Origin: an uncultured Planctomycetaceae bacterium | Lineage (GTDB): Bacteria; Planctomycetota; Planctomycetia; Planctomycetales; Planctomycetaceae | DNA: 64,000 bases | Reading direction: 5' to 3' | NCBI GenBank assembly: GCA_963815195.1 | Contig: CAWFGE010000022.1 | Coordinates: 339,431-403,430 of the forward strand | In this document: positions 1 to 8,796 of the stretch, piece after piece | How the letters are laid out: the number at the start of each line of letters is the position of its first letter | Numbering within the stretch: position 1 is the first letter of the stretch | Notes under the pieces: model-generated | What the model was told of the DNA's origin: nothing | What the model saw: only the letters and a program-made list of their open reading frames with translations | Database searches by the model: none | Program-made: the position numbers and the translations under genes

Positions 1-2
1 CG

Positions 3-584
3 AGTTTTCTGTCCGTGTTCGACGGCTTCTATCACGAAACGAGCTACGGCGTTTTGGACTTCGGCGATTATTTGAGCCTGGTGCTGCTCGATTCGGGGCA
101 TCTCTCGCCCATCGCCGGGGCCCAAACGGATTGGCTCAAGAAAACGCTCGCCGAGCGCGAGGATCATCCGCACGTGTTCGCGCTCAACCACGTGCCCTGT
201 TATCCCTCCTACCGGAACCCCTGGGGCAAAGATGGAAAAGGCGGCACCGGTGCGGACCAGCGGAAATACTGGTGCCCGCTGTTTGAACGCCACAAGGTGA
301 ACGTCGTCCTCGAGCACCACGACCACACCTTCAAACGCTCGCATCCGCTGACGGACGGGCGGATCGACGAGAAAAACGGCGTCCTGTATTTGGGCGACGG
401 CTCGTGGGGCAAGATCCGTCCGCCCAAATCGCCGGAAGAAAGGCCTTATCTCGCCAAAGTCAGCGAGAGCTATCACGTCTCGATGCACCGCCTGGAAGGC
501 GACCGCCGGTTTCACGTCGCGCTGACGGACTCCGGCAAAGTCGCCGACGTCGCGACCACCGTCAGCAAGCGGGCGGCGAGTTAA
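3..584 (+). CDS. Metallophosphoesterase / purple acid phosphatase family protein, C-terminal part (5' end outside window)
   Basis: LLDSGH, NHVPCYPS and VVLEHHDHTFKR resemble calcineurin-like phosphoesterase motifs; frame is open to the window edge. Confidence 0.75.
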   Translation, partial: SFLSVFDGFYHETSYGVLDFGDYLSLVLLDSGHLSPIAGAQTDWLKKTLAEREDHPHVFALNHVPCYPSYRNPWGKDGKGGTGADQRKYWCPLFERHKVNVVLEHHDHTFKRSHPLTDGRIDEKNGVLYLGDGSWGKIRPPKSPEERPYLAKVSESYHVSMHRLEGDRRFHVALTDSGKVADVATTVSKRAAS

Positions 585-630
585 GCGTCCGGTTTTCCCA
601 TAAACCGACGCTAGCGCCCTTGCGGCTAAT
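585..630. repeat. Degenerate REP-like palindrome (family E, ...gctagcgccct(t)gcggctaat)
   Basis: 3' arm matches the element at 53510-53633; starts right after the stop codon. Confidence 0.5.
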
Positions 631-665
631 GAAACGCCGTCACGGTTCAATGAATTGAATGATCG

Positions 666-2096
666 TTAACGATCCTCGGGAAAGGCGGCACGTTCGGGAT
701 AATCGAACATCCGCCGATCGCGCGACGGCATGCTTCCCGACGCCGGGCGAATGGGGTTGCCCTCATCGTCCGCGCGGAATGGACGGGCGTTCGGAAACGG
801 GTTTCTTTCAGAACCGGGAGCGGGCAGGAACATTGCGGGGGCTTCGTCCGGATCGAACCACTCCGGCGGCCGAGATAGCGCCCTCACCGGGATGGGAAAC
901 GCTTGAGCCGGCGCGTTGACCTGGTGCTCGCGGCCGGGCGGTTTGATTGCGGGCAGGTTCAGCGTGACGCAGTGCACCGCGCCGCCGAGTTGGATGAGCT
1001 TCGTGCAATCGATGCCTTTGACTTCCCAACCGGGCAGCAGCCGGCGGTAGGTGTCCGCGGCGAGGGTTTCCATCCGCGGATCGACGCCCCCATAGCGGGG
1101 CATCATCACGAGGCCGTTGATGTAGAGCACGTTGGTATAAGACCGCCAGAGTTCTTCGTCGCGGGCGGGCATGGGAATCCTTTCGACCCGCAATCGTCCC
1201 CGGGGCGTCGTCAGCCCGGCGAGCGTTTTCGCGTTGCGGTCCAACACCGCGGCATTGACCGGATCGTCCTTGGGGTCGATACTGGCGACGATGACGGTGT
1301 CGGGAGATGTGAACGTCGCGAACATATCCACATGCCCGGTCGGCTCGCCGATCAAAGGCTCTAAGACCGCGATCTCCCGGCATTGGAACAGCCGTTTCAT
1401 CAGGGGCTCGATCTGCTCCTGTTGATAGCCGCGGAGCACGTTGTCCGCGAGGCTTTTGCTGGTCGTCACGCATAACCCGGCCCCGTTGGAGAGCAGGTTC
1501 CCGCCTTCGATCGTCAATAGCGAGCGGATGCATCTCGCCCCCATCGCGCCGGCGAGCAGCGGGGGGATGTTGTCGTCCTGCGGACGGCCGCCGGTGTCGT
1601 AATCGCTGTCGACAAAATGGGCGGACCCGTCGGAGTTCCGCACCACGACCGGGCCGAAGTCCCGAGCCCAGATCGTATCCGCCGGGGCTTCCAAAAACCG
1701 CATCTGCCCGCGGGCGACCTTGGCAGCGGCAAAGGCCACCTCCGCATGCTGGCGTTCCTGGGGCGAACCGACCAACACCACGACCGGGGCTTTTTTGGCG
1801 GCATGGGCGCCGATTTCCAAGAGCGTCCCCAGGATGGGCAATTCCTCGGACTTCCAACTCAAGACGAGCGCCGCCTGCCGCTCAAACTCGCCGGGAATCC
1901 CGACGGCTTTGGAGCCGTCCGCTGGTTTTTCCGGGGCTCCGCCGCTTCGCGACCAATCCCCGGCTTGGGCCGTCGAACCAATCTCTCCCGCGATCAGACA
2001 TCCCAGCGCCAACACCACACATCGGCAAAAACCGATGGACGCCAACACCTTCGCCATACAAAACCAAGCCCCAAACAGGGTGGGAAAAAAGAACAC
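666..2096 (-). CDS. Agmatine deiminase / peptidylarginine deiminase family protein with probable signal peptide
   Basis: WARDFGP, IEGGNL, GHVDMF, SYTN and GGAVHCVT catalytic motifs; hydrophobic N-terminus ending AQA; start codon uncertain. Confidence 0.85.
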   Translation of the reverse strand: MFFFPTLFGAWFCMAKVLASIGFCRCVVLALGCLIAGEIGSTAQAGDWSRSGGAPEKPADGSKAVGIPGEFERQAALVLSWKSEELPILGTLLEIGAHAAKKAPVVVLVGSPQERQHAEVAFAAAKVARGQMRFLEAPADTIWARDFGPVVVRNSDGSAHFVDSDYDTGGRPQDDNIPPLLAGAMGARCIRSLLTIEGGNLLSNGAGLCVTTSKSLADNVLRGYQQEQIEPLMKRLFQCREIAVLEPLIGEPTGHVDMFATFTSPDTVIVASIDPKDDPVNAAVLDRNAKTLAGLTTPRGRLRVERIPMPARDEELWRSYTNVLYINGLVMMPRYGGVDPRMETLAADTYRRLLPGWEVKGIDCTKLIQLGGAVHCVTLNLPAIKPPGREHQVNAPAQAFPIPVRALSRPPEWFDPDEAPAMFLPAPGSERNPFPNARPFRADDEGNPIRPASGSMPSRDRRMFDYPERAAFPEDR

Positions 2097-2310
2097 CGGC
2101 CCAAACCAGTTACTATTTTAACTCGACTGAGCAAAAACAGTTCCTGGGATTTTCCCAATTTTGCTCCGCCGGGCTTCTGCAGCGAAACATCGGCCGAAAC
2201 CTGGACGGGGATTCGGCATTACGCGGCGTGCTTCCCCAAACTGCCTGTTTTCCGGGCAGCATGGCTCGCGCACGGGCGGCGCCGGTGTTATCCCAAAAGC
2301 GGCCGGGGGG

Positions 2311-5103
2311 TCAATTGCGGGTCTGGAGATCGGATTTTCTGACGTTGAACACAATCGGGCGGGAGGCCTGGTTGCCGGCCCCTTTGGCGACGGCGTCGAT
2401 CAGGCGCGTGGTTTCCGGGACCCAGTCGGCGGCGGTGAGAAAAATCTGCCGCTCGGTTTCGCCTTCGCGGATCAACACCCCGCTAAGGCCGATGTTGTCC
2501 ACGATCACGCCGTGGGGCAGGTTGTCCACGTCGAACTTGAGTTCCCCATCGAAGCCGTTCCGCTCGATGGTGAGCATCGCCGTCATGGTTTCGCCGGGGG
2601 CCAGGGTCAATTCGCCGGAGGGGCCTTTCGGCGGGGCTTTGGGGTCCGGCGCGAGGAAGACCAGCACCTTGGGTTTGGGGCCGAGCTTGATGTGCCCGAG
2701 GCTCCCGACGTTTTGGGTGACGGTTTTGCCGCCGATGTTCGCGGTCGCCGTGATCTGGACCCGATCCCACGCCGACTTGTCGAGCTTCTTTGCATCCGGG
2801 GCTGCGTGAATCACGCCCTCGGCTTCCAGGTGACCGGCTTCCACCACAATCGGCGACGAGACGACGTAACCATCCGGCACGTTTTCGATCTCGACCTTCA
2901 CGGGGCCTCTGAAATTGTCGATCCGGGTGAGATTGACCTTCAATTGTTGGCCGCTGCCCGCGGGGATCGTGGCATTCGTGCCGCCGAGCGCCACGCGGAA
3001 ACCCGGCCGCGGCGGGCGGATCGTCAGCGAATACCGGAAGTTCTCGCCCCCGAAGCCCCTGACATCCGTGACCCGCACCACGTACCGGCTGGTGTTCGGC
3101 GCGGTGAAGGTCAGCCGCGAGTCGGTGCCCAGCTTGCGCTCGGCGTCATCGTCGTTCGCATACTCTACCGCAAATACCGGCAGGCCGTTGTCGATCAACT
3201 TCGTGCCCGGGGCGTAGGGTTCCACAATATACACCGGCTCGCCCAGGGCGTGGATCGTCGCACTTGTGTCGAAATACAGCCGCCGTTTGCCCGCGGTTTT
3301 GTAGAACAGGAACGCGGAATCCGGTCCCTGCGGCATGCGGAACAACTTGGTGACTTCACCCGCCAGGTACATGTATTGGTTGAGTTGCATTTCCTCCCAG
3401 TTCGTGACCCGCACCTGATCCTGCGTGGAATCGATCGGCCGGAACGTGATCGAAGAATCCCGCACCGCCCGTAAGAGCACCCGCTCGACGGGCTGGCCGT
3501 CCTCGTGCAGCACGACAATTTCGGTGTCGGCCGGGGAACCGCTTTGGCAGGCGTTGGTTTCGATGATCCAGGTCTCGCCCTGTTTCGCTTCAAACTGATA
3601 AAAGTCCGCATCCTGCGATTGCCCTTTCGCCGGCTTTAGCACGCCCGCCGCTGTCCCCGGCACCGAAAGCGGCACCGCTTGCTTGGGCGTATCGTTGGGC
3701 TCGGTTTCCCGAATCTCCGCCACCGCGGGCCAATGCCCGTCCAGAGCGGCAACATGCCCCGGTTCCCGCGTCAGCGGTTTCGCCGTCTGGGCACCTGATG
3801 TCTTTGTCTGGAGCGGGACGTTCGTTAGCGAACCGTCCAGCCGGCCGATGAAGAACTCGGAATTGTCCGCCGCCACCGCGAGGGCCGCGGGCCAGTCGGA
3901 TTGGTTCTTCAACGTTTTTTGCAGGGTGAAGGTTTTCGTGTCCCAGAGCTTGATCGTGCGGTCTTCGCTCGATGAAATCAGCCGGCCGTCGTCCGGCGAA
4001 AACACCAGCCGAAGGATCGGAGCTTCGTGGGCGAAGCGGGTGTAAAGCAGGCGGTTGGTCCCGGCTTTTGCGGTCTTGCTGATCCGCCAAATGCGAATCC
4101 GGTGATCGACGCCCCCCGCCGCGAGCAGCCGGCCGTCCCCGCGGAAGGCGACGGTGTATTGGTCTTTCTCCGGCTCGCTGAAGGTTTCCAGGCGTTCTCC
4201 GGTTTGGACGTTCCAGAGTTTGACCGTGCGGTCGCCGCTGGCACTCGCGAGGATGGTTCCCTGGGGATGAAACGCCAGATCGAACACCGGTCCGTTGTGC
4301 CCCGTGAGTTCCCGCAGCGTTTTTCCGGATGCCAGATTCCAGATGAGAATTTTTTGATCGTAACTTCCCGTGGCGAGGGTTTTGCCGTCGGGGCTGATGG
4401 CGACCGCGAATAAGTTGTCACCATGTCCGCGGAGCGTGGCTGTTCGTTTCCAAGCATCCGTTTCCCACAGCGTGACTTCGCCGAACAGCCCGGCTTCGCC
4501 CGCAGCGACCGCCAGGAGTTTCCCGTCCGCGGAGAACGCCAAATCGTTGATGTGCCCGGTGTGGCCGGTCAATGTCCGCAGAAGTTTTTGAGAATCGCCC
4601 GCGTGGATTTCGACCTGTCCATACCGCCCGACCGCGAGCCAGCGGCCGTCCGGCGAAGCCGCGAGGGAGTTCACAGGCTTTCGAACCAACGCGGTGGGTT
4701 TGATGTGGGGCGTCACCAGAACGGAAGCGATTTCCTCGCCGTTCTTGGGACCCGGAGCCCCGGCTTTGAACCAGGCGGTCACGAGTGCGAGTTCTTTTTC
4801 CGTGGGGCCTTCGTTGCCTTCGGGCGGCATTGCGGGCTTGGATTTTCCGGTGAGAACGCCCAGCAGCCGACTGCCTTCCGGCTTGCCGAGTTCCAGGACT
4901 TTTCCGTTTTCGCCGCCGCGCAACAGCCCCGCATAGGAGTTGAGTGTCAAGCCGCCTTCGCGGTCCGTGGGATTATGGCAGCCCACGCAATACTTCTGAA
5001 AGATCGGAGCGACCTGGGCAAAGCCGGGGTCCTGGGCTTCCTCCCCCAAAGCGGAACCGCAAAACGCGAGCACCAAACCAAACGTGAAACAACGTGCGGA
5101 CAT
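2311..5103 (-). CDS. Secreted planctomycete cytochrome-c + WD40-repeat + PPC-like domain protein
   Basis: Signal peptide, CVGCH heme motif, several GH...WD/WN WD40 repeats, ETEPND...DADFY pre-peptidase-like domain. Confidence 0.85.
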   Translation of the reverse strand: MSARCFTFGLVLAFCGSALGEEAQDPGFAQVAPIFQKYCVGCHNPTDREGGLTLNSYAGLLRGGENGKVLELGKPEGSRLLGVLTGKSKPAMPPEGNEGPTEKELALVTAWFKAGAPGPKNGEEIASVLVTPHIKPTALVRKPVNSLAASPDGRWLAVGRYGQVEIHAGDSQKLLRTLTGHTGHINDLAFSADGKLLAVAAGEAGLFGEVTLWETDAWKRTATLRGHGDNLFAVAISPDGKTLATGSYDQKILIWNLASGKTLRELTGHNGPVFDLAFHPQGTILASASGDRTVKLWNVQTGERLETFSEPEKDQYTVAFRGDGRLLAAGGVDHRIRIWRISKTAKAGTNRLLYTRFAHEAPILRLVFSPDDGRLISSSEDRTIKLWDTKTFTLQKTLKNQSDWPAALAVAADNSEFFIGRLDGSLTNVPLQTKTSGAQTAKPLTREPGHVAALDGHWPAVAEIRETEPNDTPKQAVPLSVPGTAAGVLKPAKGQSQDADFYQFEAKQGETWIIETNACQSGSPADTEIVVLHEDGQPVERVLLRAVRDSSITFRPIDSTQDQVRVTNWEEMQLNQYMYLAGEVTKLFRMPQGPDSAFLFYKTAGKRRLYFDTSATIHALGEPVYIVEPYAPGTKLIDNGLPVFAVEYANDDDAERKLGTDSRLTFTAPNTSRYVVRVTDVRGFGGENFRYSLTIRPPRPGFRVALGGTNATIPAGSGQQLKVNLTRIDNFRGPVKVEIENVPDGYVVSSPIVVEAGHLEAEGVIHAAPDAKKLDKSAWDRVQITATANIGGKTVTQNVGSLGHIKLGPKPKVLVFLAPDPKAPPKGPSGELTLAPGETMTAMLTIERNGFDGELKFDVDNLPHGVIVDNIGLSGVLIREGETERQIFLTAADWVPETTRLIDAVAKGAGNQASRPIVFNVRKSDLQTRN

Positions 5104-5394
5104 CAGCCAACTCCGAAGAACGGGACCACGGCAGTGGGGTTTTGCCGGTAAGATTCTCCTTCAGTATTCCGTGAGAACCCTTCGCTTTCAAGCGCGGCGA
5201 AAAACGGGTCGCCGCACGACGAAAGAAGATGGGGTCACGAAACACACGACCTGTGCTATGAGCAACTGGATGTGAGCGACGGTGCTTCACACGTTGCCTG
5301 TGCGTTAGGTGAACAACCGCCGCCTACACGTGAAAGACGAAACTTCCTATAAAGCGACACTGTAAACAATAGCCCACTCCACGGATGAGTCTCC

Positions 5395-6276
5395 GTGCGT
5401 CGATTCTTGATTGACTATGCCCTGATCCTTCTTGCTGGCATCTTGTACGCCATCGCTCTGAAGTACTTTGTGCTTCCATCCAAAGTCATCCTGACAGGAA
5501 CGGAAGGCATTGCCACGGCACTCTCGTATTATTTCGAGAGTTACTGGCTCTTCATCGGGCTCTATCTGCTGTTTCAGTCGGCGTTGCTGGCCTTCGCGTT
5601 CGCACGGGTGGGCCGAGTGTTTGCGCAGCGCTCCCTTCTGGTCGTTGGCACCGTCGTTGTGGGACTCGCCGTGCTGCCTGAGTTACAATTCGCGCAGCCA
5701 GAACCTCAAAACGAGCGAATCATATTAGTTCTGTTTGGCGGCCTCCTTGCGGGTGTTGCCAAGGCACTCGCTTTCACAAACCGTGGCTCCACCGGCGACG
5801 AGGACATCCTTGGGGCGTATCTTGCCGTCAAATACCTGAAGCCCGTCGGCTCAATCGCCATTTTTGCCGCCATCGGGTCAACGGCCTTCGGGCTTGTGAT
5901 GGATCTCATAAAAAACGGGCAATTTGAATCGGTCGTCAACACACTGATGTATACGTGCATTTACATATTCGCGTCTGCCGAGACGCTCAATAACCTATAT
6001 CGCAAATTCAAGATCACGATGCTCGTGATTATCACGCGCCGCGAAAAAGAAGTCGGCGCTGCAATTACAACAACATCCGCACATCGTACATACACAACGC
6101 ATCAAGGCACCGGCGGCCGCAGCGGCGAGACATTTCTCGTTGTCCGGACGATCATCACGCACGAAGAGCTACCTCAAGTGATTGCCGCAATACAATCCGC
6201 CGATTCCGACTGTTTTTATTACTATCACGACGTCGAGGGCATATCTGGCCGTTACTACATCGCACCGATTGGATGA
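5395..6276 (+). CDS. YitT family membrane protein (DUF161 + DUF2179-like)
   Basis: Multiple TM helices, TGTEGIA and GSTGDEDI motifs, C-terminal GTGG domain; AT-richer than flanks. Confidence 0.8.
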   Translation: MRRFLIDYALILLAGILYAIALKYFVLPSKVILTGTEGIATALSYYFESYWLFIGLYLLFQSALLAFAFARVGRVFAQRSLLVVGTVVVGLAVLPELQFAQPEPQNERIILVLFGGLLAGVAKALAFTNRGSTGDEDILGAYLAVKYLKPVGSIAIFAAIGSTAFGLVMDLIKNGQFESVVNTLMYTCIYIFASAETLNNLYRKFKITMLVIITRREKEVGAAITTTSAHRTYTTHQGTGGRSGETFLVVRTIITHEELPQVIAAIQSADSDCFYYYHDVEGISGRYYIAPIG

Positions 6277-6300
6277 GTCTCTGGCGCACGGCGATTTTTT

Positions 6301-6375
6301 TCGTATCGGTGGCTTCCAGCCGCCGACTGGCACAACCTCCCGTAGATTTTCGGCGGCTATAAGCCACCGCTACGA
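6301..6375. repeat. REP-like inverted repeat (family F, GTAGCGGYGGC); half copies at 14465-14488 and 30494-30517
   Basis: tcgtatcggtggcttccagccgccga ... tcggcggctataagccaccgctacga. Confidence 0.7.
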
Positions 6376-6562
6376 ACGCACCACACGTTGCCAGGCAGAG
6401 CCTGGTGAAAAGCTGCGGGCCCTTGAATGCCGGGGGGGAAGTTGTTATGAAAACGCCTGTGCTCAGGTTCCCGTGCGGTCGGCTTGCGCCCGGGACGAGA
6501 ATCTTCGCTCAAATCACGCCATTTCAAAAACTTGCCCTTTTTACCGGATATTGGACTCGATC

Positions 6563-7594
6563 ATGCCTGTTGCCACGCCTCGTCAGTATGCCGCGATGTT
6601 GGATGCCGCCCAAGCGGGGAGTTACGCTTATCCGGCGATGAACGTAACGTCCCTGGTCACCATCAACGGGGCCCTCAAAGCGTTCGCCGACCAGAAATCG
6701 GACGGGATTATTCAGATTTCGACGGGCGGCGGGCAATTCGCGTCGGGGCTGTCCAACAACGATGCGGTGTTGGGGGCGATCGTCTTGGCGGACGCCGTGC
6801 ACCGGTTGGCGGAGCGATACGATGTGTTGGTCGGCCTGCACACGGACCATTGTCAGCCCGGCAAGGTGGATGGGTTTTTGAAGCCTTTGATCGCAGAGAC
6901 CGCCCGCCGCCGGGAAGCCGGCCAGCCGAACTTGTTCCAATCGCACATGCTGGACGCTTCGGAACTCCCGTTGGCGGAGAACATCGCCCTCTCCAAGGAC
7001 GTCCTCAAGCTGTGTGCGCAGAACGAAATTATTCTGGAAGTGGAAGCCGGCGTCGTCGGCGGCGAGGAAGACGGCGTCGATCATTCCGACCAGCCCGCCG
7101 AAAAACTTTACACCTCGCCCGAAGACATGCTCGCGGTGTACGAAGCGCTCGAAGGCCTTGGCCGGTACATGTTCGCGGCGACGTTCGGCAACGTGCACGG
7201 CCACTACAAACCCGGAGCCGTCAAACTCCGGCCGGACATTTTGAAGAAAGGCCAGGAAGCCGTCATCGCCAAGTACGGGGAGAAAGCGGAATTCGATCTG
7301 GTGTTCCACGGCGGTTCCGGGACGCCGGTGGAGGAAATCCGCGAAACGCTGGACTACGGCGTGGTGAAGATGAACATCGACACGGACACGCAGTACGCCT
7401 TCACCCGCCCGATCGTCGATCACATTTTCACGAATTACGACGGGGTGCTGAAAATCGACGGCGAAATCGGCAACAAAAAAGCCTACGACCCGCGGAGCTA
7501 CCTGAAAAAAGCCGAGGACGGCGTGGCCGTTCGGATGGCCCAAGCCTGCGACGACCTCCGTTCGAGCGGAAAAACGATCTTCGGCAAGGTTTAG
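6563..7594 (+). CDS. fbaA: Class II fructose-bisphosphate aldolase
   Basis: LHTDHC, FQSHMLDAS, GVVGGEEDG, FGNVHG, FHGGSG, KMNIDTD motifs; ATG at 6563. Confidence 0.95.
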   Translation: MPVATPRQYAAMLDAAQAGSYAYPAMNVTSLVTINGALKAFADQKSDGIIQISTGGGQFASGLSNNDAVLGAIVLADAVHRLAERYDVLVGLHTDHCQPGKVDGFLKPLIAETARRREAGQPNLFQSHMLDASELPLAENIALSKDVLKLCAQNEIILEVEAGVVGGEEDGVDHSDQPAEKLYTSPEDMLAVYEALEGLGRYMFAATFGNVHGHYKPGAVKLRPDILKKGQEAVIAKYGEKAEFDLVFHGGSGTPVEEIRETLDYGVVKMNIDTDTQYAFTRPIVDHIFTNYDGVLKIDGEIGNKKAYDPRSYLKKAEDGVAVRMAQACDDLRSSGKTIFGKV

Positions 7595-7642
7595 TGTTAA
7601 AAGGGATTTGGGATCCATCGTTTCTTTTGAAGGATCTCACTG

Positions 7643-8167
7643 ATGGAAAAACGCGAACGACGAGTTGCGATTCGTATCTTGATGATATGCTTGTTCGCAG
7701 GGGGTCTCCTTTGGCTGCTGTTGCCTAGGCTACCTCGCACTTGCGAAATCCGGATTGATACAGGGGATCGTCGGTATCTCGTTCACGGGTTTCCGGTCGA
7801 GTATTACACAATGTCGGAGCATGCACGTTCCGCACTGATTTCCGCATCGGAACATTCACCGATTCTCAAGCCGAAGTGGGTCGAAATTCCCCTCTACTCG
7901 GCAAGCAACTCTGTCCCCTCCATGTGTGCGGGATTTTATTTGCGCGCCGCAGCCTGGTCAGGTGTTGATGAGCAGATTTTCAAAGCAGCCACGGAGAATG
8001 TAGCGCAATACATCGTCAAAACACGCGGCGACTTCGACCTCCCCGAAAGCTATTTGCTACTCAGTGTTACGCATTGGGAAAACGGGAAGTATGTCGTAAA
8101 CGAAGACTGGAACCAAGACGAAGCAGTTCGGTGCTACTTGAAACAAAAAGGTATTGATGTTGATTGA
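7643..8167 (+). CDS. Hypothetical N-terminally membrane-anchored protein, AT-rich
   Basis: 174-aa ORF with one N-terminal TM segment; aagga upstream; no recognisable family. Confidence 0.65.
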   Translation: MEKRERRVAIRILMICLFAGGLLWLLLPRLPRTCEIRIDTGDRRYLVHGFPVEYYTMSEHARSALISASEHSPILKPKWVEIPLYSASNSVPSMCAGFYLRAAAWSGVDEQIFKAATENVAQYIVKTRGDFDLPESYLLLSVTHWENGKYVVNEDWNQDEAVRCYLKQKGIDVD

Positions 8168-8241
8168 GTGGAGACGGTTTGAGATTTAAGGCTGAAAAGT
8201 GAGAAAAAACAGAATTACACGGCGCCCAGCCTGCGGGGACA

Positions 8242-8269
8242 TTGCATATTTCCGCAGCCTTGCTAGAGT
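8242..8269 (+). promoter_or_regulatory. Candidate sigma70 promoter of rpsO-pnp
   Basis: TTGCAT-N16-TAGAGT with extended -10 TG. Confidence 0.35.
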
Positions 8270-8372
8270 ATTTTCCAAATTCAGTCCGAATTCACGACAA
8301 ATCAGATCCAATTGGCAGCCGGCTTGGGAACGGGCGTTCCTGGGCGAAGTCTCACGGAGTCCGAACCAAAGT

Positions 8373-8642
8373 ATGTCCATCACCCAAGAACGCAAGCACG
8401 AGTTGATCGAAGAGTACCGGCAGAAAGACGGGGACACCGGGTCCTCGGAAGTGCAGATCGCGGTGCTCTCGGAGAGGATCAACAACCTCACCGAGCACCT
8501 CAAAGTCCACAGCAAAGACCACGCCAGCACGCGGGGCCTGTTGATGCTCGTCAGCCGGCGGCGGCGGTTGCTGAATTACCTCAACCGCACCACCCCGGAG
8601 CGCTACCGGGACATCATCCAGAAATTGAACATCCGCCGGTAG
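8373..8642 (+). CDS. rpsO: 30S ribosomal protein S15
   Basis: [24 protein letters not shown]...[10 protein letters not shown]; upstream of pnp. Confidence 0.97.
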   Translation: MSITQERKHELIEEYRQKDGDTGSSEVQIAVLSERINNLTEHLKVHSKDHASTRGLLMLVSRRRRLLNYLNRTTPERYRDIIQKLNIRR

Positions 8643-8796
8643 GTTGTGTCGGATGGGATTTGATAACAGGAACGGGCTGGAATCTCTTCGGCATGGGAAG
8701 CGACCGCCGGGGAGAGTTTGTTGTTTGCGCCAAGCGAATGGGGCCGCAAGATGTTTTTGTCAAGTCAGAATGTATCAAAGAGAGTAGGAACTAACG

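Noticed and set aside
2161..3474. Long antisense or alternative-frame ORFs (also 6524-7618, 15705-17123, 23269-25173, 41924-43261 and others)
   Set aside because: They are shadows of well-supported genes in high-GC DNA and carry no motifs of their own.
5296..6400. Bona fide integron attC array
   Set aside because: Only one GTTRRRY heptamer, with no matching RYYYAAC-bounded attC after the gene and no intI.
8643..8796. Novel RNA between rpsO and pnp
   Set aside because: The ctcttcggc/gccggggagag hairpin fits the usual structured pnp leader.
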